64,000 nt of DNA from Desulfatiglandales bacterium. Lineage in GTDB: Bacteria > Desulfobacterota > DSM-4660 > Desulfatiglandales > Desulfatiglandaceae. The DNA is taken from the NCBI GenBank assembly GCA_963662465.1, contig OY759599.1, positions 5,792,001 to 5,856,000 on the forward strand. The letters are read 5' to 3'. Both the position numbers and the translations under genes were made by a program. Each line of letters begins with the position of its first letter. The first letter of the stretch is position 1. The notes beneath the pieces were generated by a model. It was not told the DNA's origin. It ran no database searches and was given only the letters and a program-made list of their open reading frames with translations. Shown here in pieces: positions 58,844-64,000 of the stretch.

Positions 58844-59743
58844 ATGATTGTTCAGATATATGAAATACAGACGCCTCAAGAGGCGGAAAAGTGCATTGAG
58901 CTGGGAGTGGATCATCTGGGAAGCGTTATTCTGAGCTTTGATGCGTGGCGATTGCCATTGTTGCGGGAAACCGTTCGGTTGACTGAAGGGACAAAACACA
59001 AAAGCAGCATGATCCCCCTTTTTCGAGACCTGGATGGCGTTTGCCGGGTTCTGGATTACTACCGACCCGATTACATCCATTTTTGCGATGCTTTGACGGA
59101 TTCGGAGGGAAACATCACCGAATTGGAGTCATTTATCGATTTTCAGGTGACGGTAAAAGAAAAATTTCCTGAAATCGGAATTATTCGAACCATTCCCATT
59201 CCTCAAAAAGGGGCTGTCCCCGATTTTCCATCACTGGAAATTGCCAGGGGCTTTGAACACGTTAGCGATGTCTTTTTGACCGATACCTGGCTGAAAGATG
59301 CGCCGGTGGAAGGCTTTATCGGCATCACGGGAGAAACCGTGGACCCAAAAACGGCGCAGGCCCTGGTGCATCAAAGCATGATCCCGGTAATTCTGGCCGG
59401 TGGATTGTCCCCGGAAAATGTTTACGACGGATTAATGACTGTGCGGGCCGCAGGGGCCGACAGCTGTACCCTGACCAACCGGGTGGACCATGAGGGATCA
59501 CCCATCCGTTTTGAGAAGGACTTTCGAAAAGTCGGCGATTTTGTCAAAGCGGTGCGGGATGTGGAAGCCCTGTTGCGAGAGGAAAAAACCGCCCGGCTGG
59601 CGTTTTTAAGGGCGGAACTGCTGGATCGGGAAAAAGCCCTGCCGGCTCATTCGGTGCGACCCCACCAGATACTGGCCATTGAAGCTTTGGAAGATGAGAT
59701 TGCCGGCCTTGAAAAGGAGATGGCAGACCGGAAAATGGTTTGA
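58844..59743 (+). CDS. TrpF-like TIM-barrel protein with C-terminal helical extension
   Basis: VQIYEI, FLTDT, IGITG, PVILAGGLSPENV, GADSCT; tail LPAHSVRPHQ. Confidence 0.7.
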   Translation: MIVQIYEIQTPQEAEKCIELGVDHLGSVILSFDAWRLPLLRETVRLTEGTKHKSSMIPLFRDLDGVCRVLDYYRPDYIHFCDALTDSEGNITELESFIDFQVTVKEKFPEIGIIRTIPIPQKGAVPDFPSLEIARGFEHVSDVFLTDTWLKDAPVEGFIGITGETVDPKTAQALVHQSMIPVILAGGLSPENVYDGLMTVRAAGADSCTLTNRVDHEGSPIRFEKDFRKVGDFVKAVRDVEALLREEKTARLAFLRAELLDREKALPAHSVRPHQILAIEALEDEIAGLEKEMADRKMV

Positions 59744-59862
59744 AAGCTTCTAAAGCGGATAACCGCAACCAAAAGATCTTGCGCAAAGACGCAAAGATTT
59801 TCTTGTTTTTTTTGACAGAAAACCAGGTGATAAGGGCCTAGCTTTTTCCGAGACTACGCTCG

Positions 59863-59882
59863 AAAAAACCGCGGCTTGCCGC
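59863..59882 (-). terminator. GCGGCAAGCCGC hairpin plus T-tract after ATPase stop
   Basis: Minus strand GCGGCAAGCCGCGGTTTTTT. Confidence 0.6.
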
Positions 59883-59883
59883 T

Positions 59884-61026
59884 TTAGATGATTTCTCCAT
59901 TCCATAATTTTTTTAAAAAAATCTTCCAGGGAAAGATGGTAATATTATCCTTCGTTTTTCTTTCATATCGGTCACAGCTAACGACGGCAAAATTTTGAAT
60001 ATTTCCTTCTTCTTTCAGTGCTCTGATACCTTTGAGGTGTTTGTCGTGTATTGATGCGGCACTTTTTATTTCCACGGCCCAACGGTTGCCCAGGATCAAA
60101 TCCACTTCAAATTGAGACCTGGATCGCCAATAATGCATTTTGTCTCTTTTTCTTGCATAGGATAGAAAGGCTCTTACTTCCAACAGTATAAAATGCTCAA
60201 ATGTCTTACCGAACAGCTCAGAGTCTTCCATGATTTCGCCCCTGTTTGCCAGGGAATTTGTTACGCCGATATCAAAAAGATAGAGCTTGGATCGGGAAAT
60301 GGCTTTTCGTTTGTGGGTTTTTGTGAAAGCCGTTAGCTGAAAGGCGATCAGAGTATCTTCCAACACCTGGATATAATTCTTGATGGAGTTGGCTGAAACA
60401 CCGCAATCTCTTGCAACGGACTGATAACTGATCTCTTCACCATTGCTCAGGGCCATTAAGTCCAGAAACTCCGAAAATTGGGCTATTTTTCTGGTGAGTG
60501 CTTCATTCTGAATCTCTTCTTTCAAATACAAAGCCGTGTAGGCCCAAAGTTCTTCAACGTAATTATCGCTTGGATAAACCGAGGGCAATCCTCCCCTGTT
60601 GAGATAGGTTATTAAATTAAAGTCAGGAATTTCGTTTGACGTCAAAGGAAACAGTTCAGCCCACCAGGCTCTTCCCGCCAGCAGGTTGGCGCCGCCTCTT
60701 TTAAGCTTGCGAGCGCTGCTGCCGGTCAACAAAAACGTCAATTTTTCCGCTTCGATCAAACGATGTACTTCATCCAATATTTCCGGCAGCTTTTGAACTT
60801 CGTCGATCACCACGACAGGGTTTAACTTTTGTTCTGAAATAATGGATGGATTTTTTAAATATTCACGGTAGGTCCTGATCTCCAAAAAGTCGATTACCGT
60901 GGCGCCTGAAAGGGTGTGTTTAATGAGCGTTGTTTTTCCGGTTCCCCTGGGACCGAACAAGAAAAACGATTTCTTTTTTAACAGTTTCGTCAAATCGAGC
61001 ATTCGTTCATACATTCTTTTCCTCAA
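59884..61026 (-). CDS. AAA_14 ATPase with DUF4143 / PD-(D/E)xK-like C-terminus
   Basis: GPRGTGKTT, IDEVQK, LTGSS, LAGR, KLYLFDIG, EVDLIL..AVEIKS. Confidence 0.9.
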   Translation of the reverse strand: MRKRMYERMLDLTKLLKKKSFFLFGPRGTGKTTLIKHTLSGATVIDFLEIRTYREYLKNPSIISEQKLNPVVVIDEVQKLPEILDEVHRLIEAEKLTFLLTGSSARKLKRGGANLLAGRAWWAELFPLTSNEIPDFNLITYLNRGGLPSVYPSDNYVEELWAYTALYLKEEIQNEALTRKIAQFSEFLDLMALSNGEEISYQSVARDCGVSANSIKNYIQVLEDTLIAFQLTAFTKTHKRKAISRSKLYLFDIGVTNSLANRGEIMEDSELFGKTFEHFILLEVRAFLSYARKRDKMHYWRSRSQFEVDLILGNRWAVEIKSAASIHDKHLKGIRALKEEGNIQNFAVVSCDRYERKTKDNITIFPWKIFLKKLWNGEII

Positions 61027-61168
61027 GGCTGTTTCAGATTGTCATGATAATCCGCAATAGCGTTTCGTATTGTTAATGTAAATCGCTGCATTTTTCAACA
61101 GAAAAAATGCAAGTATAAACCGAGAAATGAAGGATTCACTAATTCATAGCAGATTTTACTGACCAACC

Positions 61169-61254
61169 GGGCAGACACGCAGGTCTGCCCCTACCCAACC
61201 CACATTTTTTGATTCACGATATGCCCGTAGGGGCGGACCTATGTATCCGCCCCC
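61169..61254. repeat. GTAG-type REP doublet in inverted orientation
   Basis: GGGCAGACACGCAGGTCTGCCCCTAC and GTAGGGGCGGACCTATGTATCCGCCCC. Confidence 0.8.
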
Positions 61255-61273
61255 GATAATTGCATGTTTTCAA

Positions 61274-61470
61274 GGTAAACCCTCATGACAAGGGATTTGC
61301 CACCCCCGTGCATGAAAATGGCATCTACCGCTTTTAGGCTAACCGCTAACAGCTAATAGCTAACCGCTGCATTTTCATGGTAAACCCTCATGACAAGGAG
61401 ATTTGCCACCCCTGCGGATGAAAATAACATCTACCGCTTTTAAGCTAACGGCTAATAGCTAACTGCTAAC
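61274..61470 (+). mobile_element. Two tandem copies of the ~100-bp GGTAAA element (second copy lacks its right end)
   Basis: Units start at 61274 and 61379; match reverse complement of 13346-13450. Confidence 0.85.
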
Positions 61471-61530
61471 GTTGGAAGCTGCCCCTAACGTTTCCGTTGG
61501 TCAACTAGCCCACGGTAGGCGATAAATAAG

Positions 61531-61560
61531 TTGACTGAAATCCCATAAATCCTTTAGCAT
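61531..61560 (+). promoter_or_regulatory. Putative sigma70 promoter of the DUF1640-like gene
   Basis: TTGACT-18 nt-TAGCAT then AAGGAGG RBS. Confidence 0.5.
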
Positions 61561-61578
61561 GAAGTAAGGAGGTTTCAC

Positions 61579-61929
61579 ATGACGCTAGCCATCGCTTTTG
61601 ATACCCTTGTTTACGCTAAAAAGTTGAAGTCCGTCGGTTTTACGGAAGCGCAAGCCGAAACCCTGGCGGAATCTCAAGCTCAGCTCATTGAGAGTCGTCT
61701 GGCGACCAAACAGGATATTGAGTTGGTCAGGCGCGATACGGTAGAAATGGAAGCATCTTTGAAGCGCGACATGAAAGAGCTGGAAGTATCTTTGAAGCGC
61801 GACATGAAAGAGCTGGAAGCATCTTTGAAGCACGACATGAAAGAGATCGAGATGCGGCTGACCATCCGCATGGGGACCCTTATCGCCGCCTCCATCGCCA
61901 TTGTGGCCACCTTGGTCAAGTTGCTCTGA
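61579..61929 (+). CDS. DUF1640/CCDC90-like coiled-coil protein with C-terminal membrane anchor
   Basis: FDTLVYAKKL..GFTEAQAE, LATKQDI, hydrophobic tail. Confidence 0.85.
   Translation: MTLAIAFDTLVYAKKLKSVGFTEAQAETLAESQAQLIESRLATKQDIELVRRDTVEMEASLKRDMKELEVSLKRDMKELEASLKHDMKEIEMRLTIRMGTLIAASIAIVATLVKLL
61750..61848 (+). repeat. Three 33-bp in-frame tandem repeats (EASLKRDMKEL)
   Basis: Units at 61750, 61783, 61816. Confidence 0.92.
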
Positions 61930-61938
61930 TGTTGAATT

Positions 61939-62967
61939 TTAAAAAAGTTTTCCCTGGCGGGAATTTGACGTCTCCCTGACTTCCAGGTGCAGGTGAAGAT
62001 AAGCCCGGCGCGTGGCTACCCGTCCCTGGGGGGTCCGCTTGATATACCCGCTTTGAATCAGGAAGGGTTCATAAACGTCCTCGATGGTGCCTTTTTCCTC
62101 CCCTACGGCGGCGCAGAGGCTGCTCAGGCCGATGGGTCCCCCATCAAATTTTTCAATGATGGTATGCATGATAAACCGGTCCATCTTATCGAGCCCCTGC
62201 TCGTCCACTTCCAGCATGTCCAGGGCCCGACTCGCTACCGGTTCGGTAATAACGCCGTCCGCTTCCACCTCCGCAAAATCCCGTACCCGGCGCAACAAGC
62301 GGTTGGCGATACGCGGCGTTCCCCTGGCCCTTTTGGCGATTTCCAAGGCGCCCTCATTCTTGATGGGGATTTCCAGGAGACCGGCCGATCGGACAACGAT
62401 TTTATAGAGGTCTTCAGGCTTGTAGAAGTCGAGGCGCAAAATGACGCCGAACCGATCCCTTAAGGGGGGCGTCAGCAGACCCGTCCTGGTGGTGGCCCCC
62501 ACCAGGGTGAAGGGGGGCAGAGGGATTTTCATGGTTCGGGCCGAAGGTCCCTGGCCGATGATAATGTCCAGCTCATAGTCTTCCATGGCCGGATACAGGA
62601 TTTCTTCCACCACATGATTGAGGCGATGAATTTCATCGATAAACAGGACATCCTTGGGTTGCAGGTTGGTTAAAATCGCAGCGAGATCCCCTGGTTTTTC
62701 AATGACCGGGCCGGAAGTGCTTCGGATGTTAACCCCCAGTTCGCCGGCAATGATATGGGACAGGGAGGTTTTTCCCAACCCCGGACTGCCGTGAAAAAGG
62801 ACATGGTCCAACGCTTCGGAACGTCCCCTGGCGGCTGCGATAAACACGTGCAGGCTGCGCTTCATTTCCTCCTGGCCCACGTATTCCGCAAGCGTTTTGG
62901 GCCTGAGGCTTATTTCCGCCGGGGCCTCCTCCGGTTGAAGGTCCGGATCTATGATGCGTTCTTCCAT
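61939..62967 (-). CDS. ruvB: Holliday junction helicase RuvB
   Basis: [41 protein letters not shown]. Confidence 0.98.
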   Translation of the reverse strand: MEERIIDPDLQPEEAPAEISLRPKTLAEYVGQEEMKRSLHVFIAAARGRSEALDHVLFHGSPGLGKTSLSHIIAGELGVNIRSTSGPVIEKPGDLAAILTNLQPKDVLFIDEIHRLNHVVEEILYPAMEDYELDIIIGQGPSARTMKIPLPPFTLVGATTRTGLLTPPLRDRFGVILRLDFYKPEDLYKIVVRSAGLLEIPIKNEGALEIAKRARGTPRIANRLLRRVRDFAEVEADGVITEPVASRALDMLEVDEQGLDKMDRFIMHTIIEKFDGGPIGLSSLCAAVGEEKGTIEDVYEPFLIQSGYIKRTPQGRVATRRAYLHLHLEVRETSNSRQGKLF

Positions 62968-62978
62968 AATATTCAGGC

Positions 62979-63581
62979 TCAGGCCATAATTTTGAGGCTT
63001 TCCTTGATCAGGGCCTCCAGGGTTTCGTCCTTCGCATGGTGTTTCGCTTGTTCGATGGCGGTCTTGGCAATTTTGGCCGAATAGCCCAGGTTTATGAGGG
63101 CTGAAAGGGCATCTTCCATCAGCCGTTCGGTTTGGCTGTCGCGGGTCGGCATGGGGAGCATTCCAGCGTTGTCTGAAAATTTGGCCGCGCGATCTTTCAA
63201 TTCCAGCGCAATCCGTTCCGCTGTTTTTTTCCCGATTCCCGGAATGGCTTGCAGGCGATGCGCGTCACCCGCGGCGATTGCTTGCAATAGATCCTCGGGA
63301 CCCATGCCCGAAAGGATATTGGCTGAAAGCTTGGGGCCGATGCCCGAAACGGATACCAACATCAGAAAGAGACTTTTTTCGAGTTTGGTATGGAATCCGA
63401 ACAATACCAGGGCGTCATCCCGTACGTGGGTGTGGATATGGAGATTGACGGGTCCATGGTGTTCCGGCAGGGTATAGTAGGTGGAAAGGGGAACAAAGAC
63501 TTCGTAGCCCACGCCGCCCACATCCACAATAATGGATTGGGCTGATTTTTCAAAAAGAGTGCCGCGCAGGTGTGAGATCAT
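62979..63581 (-). CDS. ruvA: Holliday junction DNA-binding RuvA
   Basis: [33 protein letters not shown]. Confidence 0.97.
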   Translation of the reverse strand: MISHLRGTLFEKSAQSIIVDVGGVGYEVFVPLSTYYTLPEHHGPVNLHIHTHVRDDALVLFGFHTKLEKSLFLMLVSVSGIGPKLSANILSGMGPEDLLQAIAAGDAHRLQAIPGIGKKTAERIALELKDRAAKFSDNAGMLPMPTRDSQTERLMEDALSALINLGYSAKIAKTAIEQAKHHAKDETLEALIKESLKIMA

Positions 63582-64000
63582 GCCTTCATTTTCTCCCCGA
63601 CTGTTGCCTTGATGGCTCTGAATTTGGCGCTATTGATATGGCAGATGGCCGCGGCCAGGGCATCGGAAGCATCCAGGGGCGCCGGCTTTTCAAGCCGCAA
63701 CATAATCTTGACCATGGCGCAAACCTGTTCTTTGTCGGCCCTGCCGTATCCCACCACCGATTTCTTGATTTCCAGCGGCGTGTACTCAAAGACCGGAATA
63801 TCGTGTTGACCCGCAGCAACCAGGGCAGCGCCCCGGGCGTGTCCCAGTTTGAGAGCGCTCCTGGCGTTTTTGGCAAAGAACAGGTCCTCAACGGCCATCT
63901 CTTGAGGTGCGTAGCGTTCCAGAATTTTCACGATATCTTGAAAAATCCGGTAAATTTTCCGGGGGAAAGGCAGGGTGTCCGGCGGTTTGATGATGCCGGT
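63578..64000 (-). CDS. ruvC: Holliday junction resolvase RuvC, 5' end beyond the window
   Basis: VEDLFFAKN, KLGHARG, GYGRADKEQV, DASDALAAAICH; frame open to window edge. Confidence 0.95.
   Translation of the reverse strand, partial: TGIIKPPDTLPFPRKIYRIFQDIVKILERYAPQEMAVEDLFFAKNARSALKLGHARGAALVAAGQHDIPVFEYTPLEIKKSVVGYGRADKEQVCAMVKIMLRLEKPAPLDASDALAAAICHINSAKFRAIKATVGEKMKA

Noticed and set aside
61274..61470. Tandem repeats as a CRISPR array
   Set aside because: Units ~105 bp and similar throughout; no unique spacers, no cas genes

Overview
Bacterial chromosomal window; gene content suggests an anaerobic Desulfobacterota (deltaproteobacterial) genome (inference). Left to right: (1) a chemosensory operon cut by the window edge (cheW, a giant sensor-less MCP, PAS-HEAT protein, cheR, cheB, PAS protein, CheY-like, CheC-like, hybrid PAS kinase); (2) a small AT-rich islet with a DUF1778/GNAT toxin-antitoxin pair and an ATPase; (3) housekeeping genes (ribBA-like, tkt, plsY, parAB, fadH-like, NamZ-like, ClC, cpoB, pal); (4) an XRE-cupin-linked catabolic operon (BKACE, Liv-type ABC transporter, 3-hydroxyacyl-CoA dehydrogenase family) whose livM is split by a 1075-nt poly-G run that is almost certainly an artefact; (5) xseB-ispA-dxs-tlyA, HD-GYP, DsbA-like; (6) a ~13-kb co-oriented cluster with three different ATP-grasp ligases, a B12-binding radical SAM enzyme, a TPR protein, a complete peptide ABC transporter and an N-formylglutamate-amidohydrolase-family hydrolase; (7) TrpF-like gene, a second ATPase islet and ruvCAB. 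Intergenic DNA is full of small repeats: heptamer-built hairpins (one holding a possible four-helix-bundle gene remnant), a ~150-bp MITE (2 copies), a ~100-bp element with recombination-site-like junctions (3 copies) and GTAG-type REP doublets. No rRNA, tRNA, CRISPR array or transposase was recognised. Best candidates for undescribed biology: the triple ATP-grasp/radical SAM cluster, the ~96-heptad receptor system and the small repeat elements. All product calls come from motif recognition by eye, not database searches.
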